A DNA stretch of 64,000 bases from Escherichia coli (GCF_024502345.1 NZ_JALDNN010000003.1), one strand, 5' to 3'. Numbered from the stretch's first letter, positions 41,971-52,136 are shown. The notes: a model not told the origin generated them from the letters alone. Numbers and translations: made by a program.

Positions 41971-42129
41971 CTACTTACCGGATTCGTAGTCCATCACAGC
42001 CGACACTTCCCGTGTACCGTCTTTCAGCCTCAGTTCGCAGAGCGAATTGCGCGTAAGCCAGGTGAATATCAACAGCGTAAGACATACTATCAATACGCAC
42101 AAAACAACGGGTTGGTTCGGCAGTTTCAT
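41971..42129 (-). CDS. hok: Hok/Gef-family type I toxin (52 aa)
   Basis: [52 protein letters not shown]; AAGGAG SD; ORF-track 100-aa version is an in-frame upstream extension. Confidence 0.85.
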   Translation of the reverse strand: MKLPNQPVVLCVLIVCLTLLIFTWLTRNSLCELRLKDGTREVSAVMDYESGK

Positions 42130-42486
42130 GGCCTTCTTCTCCTTGCATTTAAGCGGGTAAGAGGCTACTCTGAATGTGACTAGCATACAGGGGCCTCGGG
42201 TTAATTTGAAAAAATTACTCGGGGCTTTCTGCTTTTTACCACAGTCAAACAGTGAATCTGCTGGCTGGGGCAAAAGCCTCCAGCACCGAGGTTATTATAC
42301 CACCCCGCCCCTTTTAAACGAACAGATCGTTCTCCTAAATATTTAATAAGTAAGTATTTCAGGTTTTGCTGCTTCGCAGGCTGTAACAGCAGGTGTCTGA
42401 CGTAATAACTGATTAAACAGACGGATTCGAATCTCAACACTCAACGACGCCAGCTCGCCTGTTCCCCCGCTTCTTTCCGGCTGTAA

Positions 42487-43092
42487 TCAGTCCGTTTTCG
42501 TACCAGCGATCAGTGACAAACGGTGAGCACGAACACTACTGTGCCGGAGGCTGTCCGGGTAATGGGCGATTTTCTCCAGTTCCTCATCGAGGCGGGTATA
42601 CGTCAGCCTCCTGATTTTCAAGATTTCCTTGTGAAGCCAGCGTTTGATAAAGGGATTGCCGGAAAGCAGTACCAGGTCTGCATCCTCCACTTCATCAAAA
42701 AGCCAGACGGGTTTTGCCGGAGTAAGGCGGTAGAGCCAGGTGCGGGAAAACTCCCCCGTTGCAATCAGAAACCAGACAACCATGCCAAGTGCGAACTCGA
42801 TGACCAGCATCAGGGTAAACTGAATATCCCGGACGTCAGGCTCTCCGGTAAAGCTCATTAGGCGGTCGCCAGTTGCCAGACGCTGAATAATACAGACCAG
42901 CATCAGCAGAGCCAGTAACAGCGCCATGAGCAGCCCGCCGTTCACTTCAAAAGTAGCTTTCTGGACGCGATCAGGCGGCACCTGCTTACGGTAGCGGCCG
43001 ACCACATCACCAATCATTACCCTGATGGCTATGCGTTCTTCATCGACCGTTGTTTCGGTAAATCCGGACGGGCCCGTTTCTGTTTGATTCAT
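42487..43092 (-). CDS. hypothetical membrane protein (201 aa, 2 predicted TM helices)
   Basis: Hydrophobic segments LLMALLLALLMLVCII and FTLMLVIEFALGMVVWFLIA. Confidence 0.5.
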   Translation of the reverse strand: MNQTETGPSGFTETTVDEERIAIRVMIGDVVGRYRKQVPPDRVQKATFEVNGGLLMALLLALLMLVCIIQRLATGDRLMSFTGEPDVRDIQFTLMLVIEFALGMVVWFLIATGEFSRTWLYRLTPAKPVWLFDEVEDADLVLLSGNPFIKRWLHKEILKIRRLTYTRLDEELEKIAHYPDSLRHSSVRAHRLSLIAGTKTD

Positions 43093-43305
43093 GTACCCTC
43101 TCCTCTCTCTGAAAAATAATGGTAAGACGCAAGCTGATCATACCAGGTGAGCAGGAGTGGTTTTGTCGGTTAAAGGCTGGAAAAAAACGGTTAAAAAAAG
43201 AGGGAAATGACAGCAAGAAGGTGGGATGCAGTAAGCGGCTTTGGTTCCCTCCGGTTCTGTGGGGAGGAAACGGCCAGAACAGCAGACCGATACGATGGGC
43301 GGGCG

Positions 43306-43587
43306 CTATTTTGTATCCAGAATTCGTGCCTTTTCTTCCCGCGTCGCCAGTCGGGCACTTCCGGAACGGTCGCGGATCAGCAGTGGCTTTTCCTTTTTCC
43401 AACCAGTGATAGCCGTTTCCCCGAAACGACGCGGTGCATTGCCATTCCAGCTGGCAATCACGTGATTATCGTGTACTTCCTTGATGACGACAGAATGAAG
43501 AGTCACCGTCTTAATGGTGGTGTTTCCCATTTTGGTCCGGGAGAGTGACCAGACGGTCATCCCCACCTCCAGCTGACTGAGTTTCAT
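43306..43587 (-). CDS. hypothetical protein (about 93 aa)
   Basis: Internal Met MKLSQLEVGMTVWS... taken as start. Confidence 0.4.
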   Translation of the reverse strand: MKLSQLEVGMTVWSLSRTKMGNTTIKTVTLHSVVIKEVHDNHVIASWNGNAPRRFGETAITGWKKEKPLLIRDRSGSARLATREEKARILDTK

Positions 43588-43718
43588 CTTTACTCCGGTA
43601 ATATCGGGATACATCATTAAACGACGTGGAGACGTAGGTTAGCATAAGCACTCACAGCGGATACTGCCGCCAGATAACAGGGTGAGGTATCCGCCATGAG
43701 CAGTCTTTACGGCTGGCG

Positions 43719-43889
43719 TTATTCGGCCAGGGCGCGGGTAATAGACGCACGCTGACGCTGGCGCTCAGCCTTACGCTGGCTGCGGCGATATAGCGGCTTC
43801 GCGGCAGCGTAGCGACAATCTTCCGGGTGGTACCAGCAACAGCCGCAGGGCTCAGGCTGGGGTTTTCCGGCAAGTCCGAATGGTTTCAT
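43719..43889 (-). CDS. small Cys-rich ORF (56 aa), not in ORF track
   Basis: MKPFGLAGKPQPEPCGCCWYHPEDCRYAAAKPLYRRSQRKAERQRQRASITRALAE; AAGGTGA SD 5 nt upstream; the overlapping ORF-track frame (43652-43873) lacks a comparable start context. Confidence 0.35.
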   Translation of the reverse strand: MKPFGLAGKPQPEPCGCCWYHPEDCRYAAAKPLYRRSQRKAERQRQRASITRALAE

Positions 43890-43930
43890 AATGTCACCTT
43901 TTAAATGGAATAATGTTCAGGTCCCGTCCA

Positions 43931-44254
43931 TCAGGCCACGGGTTCATTAATGAAGCGGCGTTGCATAAACAGGTACAGATAACCCTCTGGCGAGAACATA
44001 CAAAGATTCTCGGTAATACAGGCATCGAGGTACTTCGTGTCGCCAAGGAGTCGCTTAATGACAGCCAGCTGGTTAGCCGCAGACTGAATCAGCGGATAGC
44101 CATTCACGGCACGATGAATACCTGAGTGGAATAACGAACGAGCCTTTCCAATCTTTTCCCGGGTTGCGTCCATTTCCATATCGATAACAGACTGACGCGC
44201 AACATTAATAGCATTGCCGGATAACTCCGCGAAGCTAACCAGAGGCTTATTCAT
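43931..44254 (-). CDS. hypothetical protein (107 aa)
   Basis: ORF with SD-like GGAAGGAG upstream. Confidence 0.45.
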   Translation of the reverse strand: MNKPLVSFAELSGNAINVARQSVIDMEMDATREKIGKARSLFHSGIHRAVNGYPLIQSAANQLAVIKRLLGDTKYLDACITENLCMFSPEGYLYLFMQRRFINEPVA

Positions 44255-44439
44255 AAAAAACTCCTTCCAGGTATGTGAGCTTATTATATCAATACGGACT
44301 TTGCCCCAAACAACCCGACTCGAAATATTTTGGAAATTACTCTAATAACTAAAAATGGCACCCGGAAAATAGAATGAATTTATTTTAAGCTTGCCGAACA
44401 TGGCTGGCGGCGGAATTAAATTTGGGTAATGACTCCAAC

Positions 44440-44943
44440 TTATTGATAGTGTTTTATGTTCAGATAATGCCCGATGACTTTGTCATGCTGCTCCACCGAT
44501 TTTGAGAACGACAGCGACTTCCGTCCCAGCCGTGCCAGGTGCTGCCTCAGATTCAGGTTATGCCGCTCAATTCGCTGCGTATATCGCTTGCTGATTACGT
44601 GCAGCTTTCCCTTCAGGCGGGATTCATACAGCGGCCAGCCATCCGTCATCCATATCACCACGTCAAAGGGTGACAGCAGGCTCATAAGACGCCCCAGCGT
44701 CGCCATAGTGCGTTCACCGAATACGTGCGCAACAACCGTCTTCCGGAGCCTGTCATACGCGTAAAACAGCCAGCGCTGGCGCGATTTAGCCCCGACGTAT
44801 CCCCACTGTTCGTCCATTTCCGCGCAGACGATGACGTCACTGCCCGGCTGTATGCGCGAGGTTACCGACTGCGGCCTGAGTTTTTTAAATGGCGGAAAAT
44901 CGTGTTGAGGCCAACGCCCATAATGCGGGCGGTTGCCCGGCAT
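44440..44943 (-). CDS. insB: IS1 InsB (normally expressed as InsAB' by -1 frameshift)
   Basis: [27 protein letters not shown]...; differs at several residues from copy 2. Confidence 0.95.
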   Translation of the reverse strand: MPGNRPHYGRWPQHDFPPFKKLRPQSVTSRIQPGSDVIVCAEMDEQWGYVGAKSRQRWLFYAYDRLRKTVVAHVFGERTMATLGRLMSLLSPFDVVIWMTDGWPLYESRLKGKLHVISKRYTQRIERHNLNLRQHLARLGRKSLSFSKSVEQHDKVIGHYLNIKHYQ

Positions 44944-45137
44944 CCAACGCCATTCATGGCCATATCAATGATTTTCTGGTGCGTACCGGGTTGAGAAGCG
45001 GTGTAAGTGAACTGCAGTTGCCATGTTTTACGGCAGTGAGAGCAGAGATAGCGCTGATGTCCGGCAGTGCTTTTGCCGTTACGCACCACCCCGTCAGTAG
45101 CTGAACAGGAGGGACAGCTGATAGAAACAGAAGCCAC
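44862..45137 (-). CDS. insA: IS1 InsA
   Basis: [43 protein letters not shown]... Confidence 0.95.
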   Translation of the reverse strand: MASVSISCPSCSATDGVVRNGKSTAGHQRYLCSHCRKTWQLQFTYTASQPGTHQKIIDMAMNGVGCRATARIMGVGLNTIFRHLKNSGRSR

Positions 45138-45290
45138 TGGAGCACCTCAAAAACACCATCATACACTAAATCAGTAAGTTGGCAGCATCACCGAAAATAA
45201 AATAGAGAGAGTTTTCAATCCGCATGACTTTAAAAAAGACAATTTTTAGAAATAAGCCGGATAAAAAAATAGCTTTATCCGGCACTCATA

Positions 45291-46241
45291 TTACAACCAG
45301 TTCTTCCGCTTAAAGTACAGATACGGTGCCAGGCCCGCGAGGATCATAAAGATAATCGCGGCAGGGTAGCCGAAGCTCCACTTCAGTTCTGGCATAAACT
45401 CAAAGTTCATGCCATAGCTGGAAGCAACGAGCGTCGGCGGCAGGAATACCACGGATACCACCGAGAAGATTTTGATGATGCGGTTCTGCTCGATGTTGAT
45501 AAAACCCATTGCCGCCTGCATCAGGAAGTTCACCTTCTGGAACAGGGATTCGTTATGCGGCAGCAGGGATTCGATATCTCGCAGGATTTCACGCGCCTGC
45601 TCCAGTTGCCCACCCGGTAAACGCGCTTTACGCACCAGGAAGTTGAGCGCGCGCTGGGTATCCATCAGACACAGGCGAACTTTCCAGCCGATATCTTCCA
45701 GTTCCGCCAGCGTGGAGAGCGCCTCGTCGTACTCATCGCCCTGATGCCCTTCCATAATCACCCGGCTCAACTGCTCCAGGTCGCTATAGATATTTTCAAT
45801 TTCATCTGCCAACTGTTCGATTTTGGTTTCGAACAGATCCAGCAGCAACTCGTAGGCGTTACCGTCTACCATCGACTGGCTACGGGCACGCATACGATAC
45901 AGACGAAAAGCGGGCAGTTCACGCTCACGCAGAGTAAACAGACGACCATCACGGATGGTAAATGCCACAGTGGAGTTACCGGCGTGATCTTCCGCATCTT
46001 CAAAGAAGAAGAAGGAGTGAATATGCAGGCCGTCGTCGTCTTCAAAGAAACGTGCCGATGCTTCGATGTCTTCCAGTTCCGGGCGGGTTGCCAGGCTCTG
46101 GCCAAGTTCAGATTGTAAGCGCAGTCGCTCGTCGTCGTCCGGTTCGACAAGATCAATCCATACTGCATTTACAAGGGGTTGTGACTCTTCGACTTCCAGC
46201 CGGGTCAGTCGGTTATTTTCCAGTTGAAATGCGCTCAGCAT
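45291..46241 (-). CDS. corA: magnesium/cobalt transporter CorA
   Basis: [31 protein letters not shown]...[17 protein letters not shown]...YFKRKNWL, essentially identical to enterobacterial CorA; terminator hairpin GCCGGATAAA...TTTATCCGGC downstream. Confidence 0.95.
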   Translation of the reverse strand: MLSAFQLENNRLTRLEVEESQPLVNAVWIDLVEPDDDERLRLQSELGQSLATRPELEDIEASARFFEDDDGLHIHSFFFFEDAEDHAGNSTVAFTIRDGRLFTLRERELPAFRLYRMRARSQSMVDGNAYELLLDLFETKIEQLADEIENIYSDLEQLSRVIMEGHQGDEYDEALSTLAELEDIGWKVRLCLMDTQRALNFLVRKARLPGGQLEQAREILRDIESLLPHNESLFQKVNFLMQAAMGFINIEQNRIIKIFSVVSVVFLPPTLVASSYGMNFEFMPELKWSFGYPAAIIFMILAGLAPYLYFKRKNWL

Positions 46242-46640
46242 GACCGGGACTCCCAATGCTTAAAATATCGGACAGTTCGGTGGGCACACAGAAACAAATT
46301 GGGTTTCAGACCATTAAACAGCCTGACTCAGCGCGACGGGAAAAATTGAGGTCGCTGACAACCGCTAAGGCTATCAGCAAAAAGGGATAGCCTTAGGAGT
46401 TGATCCTGGATGACAGGATAGTGAGCCAGTATCTACTGGGTGTGTCCAAGGCGAATGTCCTCTTAGAGTGATCGTGCGCGCATGTTACGCCAGCAAAATT
46501 TTGCCGTCAACACGCAACAGAACACCACAGAACAATAGTTGAACTTCGCGCTTTTTGGTACTCGTCAAGGTCGCTAACAGGATAAAAAAATCCCACATCC
46601 AGGACCTATAATGGCGCATCAGCTACTCATTGGTAAAGGA

Positions 46641-46940
46641 ATGATCACCTTGAATCTCAAACGGATTTTTCTCGCCCTCACCTTACTTCCCTTGTTTGCT
46701 GTTGCCGCTGATGATTGCGCACTCTCAGATCCGACGCTGACCGTACAGGCGTATACCGTTAATCCTCAAACAGAGCGGGTGAAAATGTACTGGCAAAAAG
46801 CCAATGGCGAAGCGTGGGGAACGTTACATGCTCTGCTGGCGGATATTAATAGTCAGGGTCAGGTGCAGATGGCGATGAACGGCGGCATCTTAAATTTGAC
46901 GGTTTTTGATATAAAATATAGAAAGAAGGAGGTTTTCTGA
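46641..46940 (+). CDS. signal-peptide protein (99 aa), possibly a truncated chromosomal gene at an island junction
   Basis: MITLNLKRIFLALTLLPLFAVAADD...; stop embedded in hairpin AAGGAGGTTTTCTGAATACCTCCTT. Confidence 0.4.
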   Translation: MITLNLKRIFLALTLLPLFAVAADDCALSDPTLTVQAYTVNPQTERVKMYWQKANGEAWGTLHALLADINSQGQVQMAMNGGILNLTVFDIKYRKKEVF

Positions 46941-46959
46941 ATACCTCCTTCACTGGCGC

Positions 46960-47166
46960 TCAGTTCGAGAATACGTTAACGCTGTACCGTTTACCGAGCA
47001 CCTCGGCAGTGGTATCGACAATTTTCTGAATATCATCGGCAATCGCGGGTTTACTGAATGCGACGGTGTGCAGTTCACCAGCCTGTTCCGCCGTCGCACC
47101 ATCATGAAAGCGGCTGGCATCGTAAAGCTGGACCCGGAGTGTCCGGGTATAATCGACATGGCCCAT
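46960..47166 (-). CDS. small hypothetical protein (68 aa)
   Basis: ORF in unidirectional array; C-terminal block resembles the two 74-aa paralogues. Confidence 0.4.
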   Translation of the reverse strand: MGHVDYTRTLRVQLYDASRFHDGATAEQAGELHTVAFSKPAIADDIQKIVDTTAEVLGKRYSVNVFSN

Positions 47167-47200
47167 TATTCCTCTCCTGTTCAGTCAGGCGCTATACGCG

Positions 47201-47425
47201 TTAATAATCACTTTCTTCCGGTTGCGGCTGGGTGACAAACTGGTACTTCACCCCATTAGGGACGCCAACGGCTTTTGCTACAGATTCACACAGCAGCGAC
47301 AGGTCATTCAGAGTCATCGGATATTCGATATCGACGGAATATAAGGCCCCGGCGTTCTCGGCCTCTTCGATATTTTTATACTGGGCACTGAAAATGGCTA
47401 TGGTAGAGATTTCAAGGTTATGCAT
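47201..47425 (-). CDS. small hypothetical protein (74 aa), paralogue of 53302-53526
   Basis: Shares 19-residue block YPMTLNDLSLLCESVAKA(V/L) with 53302-53526 product. Confidence 0.5.
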   Translation of the reverse strand: MHNLEISTIAIFSAQYKNIEEAENAGALYSVDIEYPMTLNDLSLLCESVAKAVGVPNGVKYQFVTQPQPEESDY

Positions 47426-47478
47426 GAGTCAGTCCTTGTTAATAAAAAAGAAGCCACCGTAAGGTGGCTGAATAAAGG

Positions 47479-47685
47479 TTAATGGACCTGGCTGGCCTTT
47501 TTTTCCGCGTTCTTGTTGTAATCAACGCGGGCAATAACGACGGCAGCGGCCAGGAGTGCAGCGAGACCGCCGTAGAATACTGGTCGGGAGATATCGACGA
47601 ACATATCGCTCAGGTTATCAACGCCGAGGAGAAATACGCAGATAATGACGATAAAGCGAACAGGTTTGCTGTAGAACAATTTCAT
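47479..47685 (-). CDS. small membrane protein (68 aa)
   Basis: Two hydrophobic helices. Confidence 0.4.
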   Translation of the reverse strand: MKLFYSKPVRFIVIICVFLLGVDNLSDMFVDISRPVFYGGLAALLAAAVVIARVDYNKNAEKKASQVH

Positions 47686-47884
47686 CAGGAGCTATCCTTC
47701 TGGGGTGAAATGACACCAGCATTACACCATATCAGATGCCAATTTTTTTTCGGTAACGGGCCTATTTTGACAAGAAAAAAGACACATCAGGGAGGCAATG
47801 ACGAGAGTATTTTCGAGGTGCCTATGGCCTGTCACTTCCTGAACTCAGGAAAAGAACGATGCTGTAGAACACAATCGAAATATA

Positions 47885-47900
47885 GAAAAGTAACTTTTCC
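47885..47900. promoter_or_regulatory. palindromic motif copy R4 GAAAAGTAACTTTTCC
   Basis: Intergenic, 200 bp upstream of 47685 gene start. Confidence 0.45.
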
Positions 47901-48080
47901 ACCGACGATATGTCCGGCGGCAAGTTATTCTTATGCAGGGCACAAATCAGTGAATTGGGTTCCGCGCGGGAAAGTCAAAAAAACTTGCATGTCGTTCCGG
48001 ATGCCAGGCGACGTAGCACATAGATTTGGGCCTGTGTAAGCGGGGAGCTGGGACGTTTTGTGTCTGCCATAATGTTCCTT

Positions 48081-48341
48081 TTATAACGAGGGCTGTCCGG
48101 CTGACAGATTAGCGGACAGACCTGAAAATAACGTGCATATCCAGCACCTGGCTGAATCCCTGAGCGAGGCAAATGCCTTTACTCTTCCCCCTCCGACAAC
48201 AACAAAAATGCGTTGAGCTTCCTCTTCGGCCTGTTCATCAGTCATGCTTTTCTCGCGGATGTGCGAAGTAAACAGGCTCCAGTTTGCAGCGATAAAATCA
48301 CGTACTTGATGCATTTCCGAATTCTCAGCGTCAATAACCAT
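48081..48341 (-). CDS. hypothetical protein (86 aa)
   Basis: ORF in array. Confidence 0.4.
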   Translation of the reverse strand: MVIDAENSEMHQVRDFIAANWSLFTSHIREKSMTDEQAEEEAQRIFVVVGGGRVKAFASLRDSARCWICTLFSGLSANLSAGQPSL

Positions 48342-48429
48342 TTTTAGTGTCCTGTGTCTTAAATAAGGTCCGCCCTGTTAATAGATCAGGGACGGACTGT
48401 TTAAGCGAGATAGCCAGCCTGTGCCGTGG

Positions 48430-48936
48430 TTATCCATTCACCAGAGTGATTTTTGTGGGGGATACTTTGATACTAAAAGCATTAAATTTCTTTTTAAGAG
48501 CGAGTTCAAACCACGCCACCGGGATAGAGACCGAACTATCATCGCCGCCCAATGCCTCCTCTGCCTCGTCATACCATTCATCATCAACAGACGGATTCAT
48601 CCCACGGGCATAGACAACCGTATCACGGGAAACAGGGGTTCCATCCAGAGATGCATTGGTAATCAGATAGACGCCATGATCTTTTACCAGAAGGATCTGT
48701 GGAGTCAGGCGGGCCGGGTCAATGTGTTTGGATGATGGCCAGAAAATTCCCCCCGTCTGGTTCATTTCCACTTCTGTTTTGCCCTCTTCGTTGAGAGGAG
48801 TACCGCCGGGGTAATTTGACGGTTCAAAAAGCTGTTCAATGGTTGCATTGAACCGTTCCGCCGAGCGGAGTTCTTCGAGGAGCTTTTTTACCCCAGCAAT
48901 TTCGAATGTTAATGTGGTCATAAACTTATTCTCCAT
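48430..48936 (-). CDS. hypothetical protein (168 aa)
   Basis: ORF in array, acidic. Confidence 0.5.
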   Translation of the reverse strand: MENKFMTTLTFEIAGVKKLLEELRSAERFNATIEQLFEPSNYPGGTPLNEEGKTEVEMNQTGGIFWPSSKHIDPARLTPQILLVKDHGVYLITNASLDGTPVSRDTVVYARGMNPSVDDEWYDEAEEALGGDDSSVSIPVAWFELALKKKFNAFSIKVSPTKITLVNG

Positions 48937-49234
48937 CCGTAGTCAGCATCAGATATCGGGTGGCCAGTAGCAACTCTTTGACGTCAGCAGTTGAAACCTC
49001 CCCTTTGCCTTCTACCGCGTCCTGCAAACGCTGACGCGTCGCCTGAATCGTCTCTGACGACAGTGACGCCAGTTTGCTCAATACAGCGTTAGCTTTTTCC
49101 ACAGCGGGATACAGGGACTCTGAGGTGGTATTGTCTACATCGTTATCGAAAAACAGGTCAGACTCCATATTAATATTGTCTTCGAGCCAGCTGGTAAGAA
49201 TATCAAGTAAAGACATAACTTTATTAATCTGCAT
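48926..49234 (-). CDS. hypothetical protein (about 102 aa)
   Basis: ATG at 49234 with GAGGG SD; ORF-track N-terminal extension unlikely. Confidence 0.45.
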   Translation of the reverse strand: MQINKVMSLLDILTSWLEDNINMESDLFFDNDVDNTTSESLYPAVEKANAVLSKLASLSSETIQATRQRLQDAVEGKGEVSTADVKELLLATRYLMLTTDGE

Positions 49235-49442
49235 TTTTCTCGCCCTCGGTTGATGTAATTCAAATATAACAAACTGTCTCGTCTGGCTAATAACCCAGAA
49301 TGAAAAAAATAAGCGATTTATTAGATAGGACTGAATTAAATTTAAATGGAGTGCAGCCGGACTCAGTTTAAAAACACTCCGCGCTAAAGGCAGAAAAAAG
49401 CCTTCCGAAAGGGAAGGCTTATGCACTACATCAGGAAAAGAA

Positions 49443-49823
49443 CTATCGCTGCTTCTGGAGCGCGATATACGCTGCGAAAACAGCTACCAACACCGTCATG
49501 AAGTAAACTAGATATGAACCAGATTGCCAGACATTAACGCCAAAAAACGATATTAATTTTCCGTCCGGGATAACAGAAAAAATCAGGTTCCAGAATCCAA
49601 CCAGAACGACCTGAGAGATAATCATTTTACCAAGCGCTCCCAGTTCATGAGCCGCATACATTGCAGCCATGACAAATGTCAGAGCTACCACAAGCAGCGC
49701 AGACAAAGCCACAACCGAAATGCTCAGGCCGACGGATGTAAACAGAATGGCATCTTTAAAAGTCAGACCTGTAAAACCCCAGATCAGAATGGCTAAAATG
49801 AAAAACATAAGGATAAATTTCAC
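49443..49823 (-). CDS. integral membrane protein (126 aa, 4 TM)
   Basis: Hydrophobic throughout. Confidence 0.5.
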   Translation of the reverse strand: MKFILMFFILAILIWGFTGLTFKDAILFTSVGLSISVVALSALLVVALTFVMAAMYAAHELGALGKMIISQVVLVGFWNLIFSVIPDGKLISFFGVNVWQSGSYLVYFMTVLVAVFAAYIALQKQR

Positions 49824-49908
49824 TAGAATTGCGTCCCTCTTTCGGTGGCAGAGTGTCGGTCAGGATGCCTGTGGCGAGGCAACTACAGACAGAATTTAAC
49901 ACAAAAAA

Positions 49909-50193
49909 TTAATTACAAATCCGTTCACAGGCCTGTTTCAATGATTCTTTGGTATGGCTATGTGCGGCCTGATTTAACAATGCCCGGATGTGTAGTTCAT
50001 CATGACCGTCAGCTACAAAGAGTTTGATTTTACTTTCAAGGCGGCTCATGGCTTCGTAGAGTTTTGCCTCTTTATTGTTCTTCATAAAGCGAAGAATGTA
50101 ATCCGCAATAATATGCTCTGGTGGCGTTTTAATTTCACGGCAGCGATTGCTTGTCATGAGTTTTTCCTCAAGTTTGTGGCAAAATGGCACCAT
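49909..50193 (-). CDS. hypothetical protein (about 94 aa)
   Basis: Internal Met start MVPFCHKLEEK... Confidence 0.4.
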   Translation of the reverse strand: MVPFCHKLEEKLMTSNRCREIKTPPEHIIADYILRFMKNNKEAKLYEAMSRLESKIKLFVADGHDELHIRALLNQAAHSHTKESLKQACERICN

Positions 50194-50194
50194 C

Positions 50195-50422
50195 TCATTT
50201 AAGCCACCCTTTTCCGGTTGTATAATTAATTTGACCTGCTTTACACAGCGCCAGCAAACGGCGATCAAGAATATGCGACGGTTGCGGATTGCTTTCCCCG
50301 GCTGCAATCCGGTGACACTCTGCTTTGATCTCTCCGGCAAATAATGTCGAGAACGGCGTAGGAACTGGGGTAAGAATTTCGTTGAGTGCCCTGTCCAGCG
50401 CCAGATACTTATCCATATTCAT
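50195..50422 (-). CDS. hypothetical protein (about 75 aa)
   Basis: Internal Met start MNMDKYLALDRALNEIL... Confidence 0.4.
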   Translation of the reverse strand: MNMDKYLALDRALNEILTPVPTPFSTLFAGEIKAECHRIAAGESNPQPSHILDRRLLALCKAGQINYTTGKGWLK

Positions 50423-50591
50423 GTCCTTGCAGGTAATTGAATGGATGGGATTTAAATTTATTATACTGAATCGAGTTACTAAACTAATATCCTTCAGGAT
50501 GAAGAAAGGAATCATCCACCTTCAGTATGTATTCGACATATAGGACACGTCTCTAAAATTTTTCGCGTTTTCGCGATTTACACCGACAGGC

Positions 50592-50945
50592 CTACCAGTC
50601 ACCACCTTCGATATGAAGTTGCGTCGCAGAAACAGCCACCATTTCCTGCATTGGCTGGTCATGCTTGTTATGACTACTCCCAAGCAGTAGGCTCACCTTG
50701 CCGTTAGCGGAATAAAACATAGCATCAGGAAAATGCTCTCTGACTTCCCCCAGCAATGTGTGCATCGACTGAGTCAGTCGGTAGAATCGACGTGCGGCAG
50801 TCGGCATTGCATCATCAAGGAGATCTCCGGCGTCGCCGTCCCCGCTGTTTATGAAACTCAGTACCTTATCTTCGTCCATTCGAACCTCTTTTTCAGTCAT
50901 GTCATATATATCCATTGAGATATCTGTCAGCCTGAGCAACGACAT
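50592..50945 (-). CDS. hypothetical protein (117 aa)
   Basis: ORF in array. Confidence 0.45.
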   Translation of the reverse strand: MSLLRLTDISMDIYDMTEKEVRMDEDKVLSFINSGDGDAGDLLDDAMPTAARRFYRLTQSMHTLLGEVREHFPDAMFYSANGKVSLLLGSSHNKHDQPMQEMVAVSATQLHIEGGDW

Positions 50946-50960
50946 CAGGCTGACCTTCGC

Positions 50961-51569
50961 TCACCCGGTAATAACGATGGCCTGTTCCAATTGTGGCTGG
51001 CGATCCCCCCGCAGCGCTACCGACTCCTGGAGGCGTGCGGAAGGCATCGTCATTGCCTTAAACCCCTCATCCCGCGAACGCACCAGCATCCCCCACGAAT
51101 GGGTTTCACAGACATCGTTCTCGAAATTGGGTTCGGTCGACAGCAGTGATTCCATCTTCGGTTCGATGTGTACCGGCGCAATGTTTTTATAAACAGGGTG
51201 AACACGACACTGTTCAGACGCTTGTGCTCGGTAGCTCCCTTGCGCCAGCAGCACGTCATGGGAAACCAGGTCATAATCTGTATCTTCGACAAAAGTCTTC
51301 AGGGTGTGCGTTATTTTGCCGAATCCTTCGATATTCCAGACGGACACCATCGTAAACTCTTCAAACGCACGGGGACTTTTGACCAAAAATCCATTCAGCG
51401 CCCTACGCCCCTTCAGCATCCCCACCAGGTATTGCTTGTTGGGATAAGGGCGCATCGCAACAAGGTCATTACCAGTCAGGCGTAGCGACAGTTCCGGGAC
51501 GCTTACGGAATCCAGCGTGCAAAGATTTCCCATCGGATGCAGGATTTTTGGTACAAGGTGCAAAAACAT
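50961..51569 (-). CDS. hypothetical protein (202 aa)
   Basis: ORF in array. Confidence 0.5.
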   Translation of the reverse strand: MFLHLVPKILHPMGNLCTLDSVSVPELSLRLTGNDLVAMRPYPNKQYLVGMLKGRRALNGFLVKSPRAFEEFTMVSVWNIEGFGKITHTLKTFVEDTDYDLVSHDVLLAQGSYRAQASEQCRVHPVYKNIAPVHIEPKMESLLSTEPNFENDVCETHSWGMLVRSRDEGFKAMTMPSARLQESVALRGDRQPQLEQAIVITG

Positions 51570-51599
51570 CGGTATTCTCCTCGTTTATTAAGCCTTCAA

Positions 51600-52136
51600 T
51601 TATTGTGCCGTCGCCTGATGTATTTCGAACCAGAAGACAACCGGCTTTTCCGTGACTTCAATTAACCCAAATCGCTCTGCGGTTCTGAAGTTGACGCTGT
51701 ATGCCCTGGCGCGTTCTACCTGGCGGCTTATTTCTTTCCTCATGCCTTCAACACTTAATGCACCTTTAAAGAGATTGCAGGGGGCGCAAGCCGGAAAAAG
51801 ATTTTCGATTGCATGCAGTTCAGGGTGCATGACCTTACCGGTACTTCGAGCCCGGTGTGTCACTCGACTTCCAGCGGGGGCTCTGACCATTTCAAAATCC
51901 CGCCTCACCGGTTCAACATGATCGGCATGCCAGCCTTTTTCCGGCAAAGGACAGCCGCAGTAGGCACACCGACCGCCAAATTTCAAACGCAGTTCGGCTC
52001 GTTGCTCTTTGGATATTTTATTTTTTGGTTTTGAAAATCGCCCATCATCAGATTCAACCTTCGGGAGGAGTTCTGAAAAATTGGGTAATTCGATTACTGC
52101 GCCTTTGTTATTTAGAACTTTCACCGGACCTCCCAA
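51600..52136 (-). CDS. HNH endonuclease-domain protein (178 aa)
   Basis: CAYCGC...HADHVEP...N...ACAPCN = C-x2-C / H-x-D-H / C-x2-C HNH signature. Confidence 0.75.
   Translation of the reverse strand: MGGPVKVLNNKGAVIELPNFSELLPKVESDDGRFSKPKNKISKEQRAELRLKFGGRCAYCGCPLPEKGWHADHVEPVRRDFEMVRAPAGSRVTHRARSTGKVMHPELHAIENLFPACAPCNLFKGALSVEGMRKEISRQVERARAYSVNFRTAERFGLIEVTEKPVVFWFEIHQATAQ

Larger units (their letters stand above)
44425..45192 (-). mobile_element. IS1 copy 1 (768 bp)
   Basis: Ends GGTAATGACTCCAACTTATTGATAGTG ... GGTGATGCTGCCAACTTACTGAT (reverse complement); no flanking 9-bp duplication. Confidence 0.95.

Noticed and set aside
47482-48039. 185-aa plus-strand ORF
   Set aside because: Runs antisense across a minus-strand gene and an intergenic motif site; composition is not protein-like and all neighbours are minus-strand.
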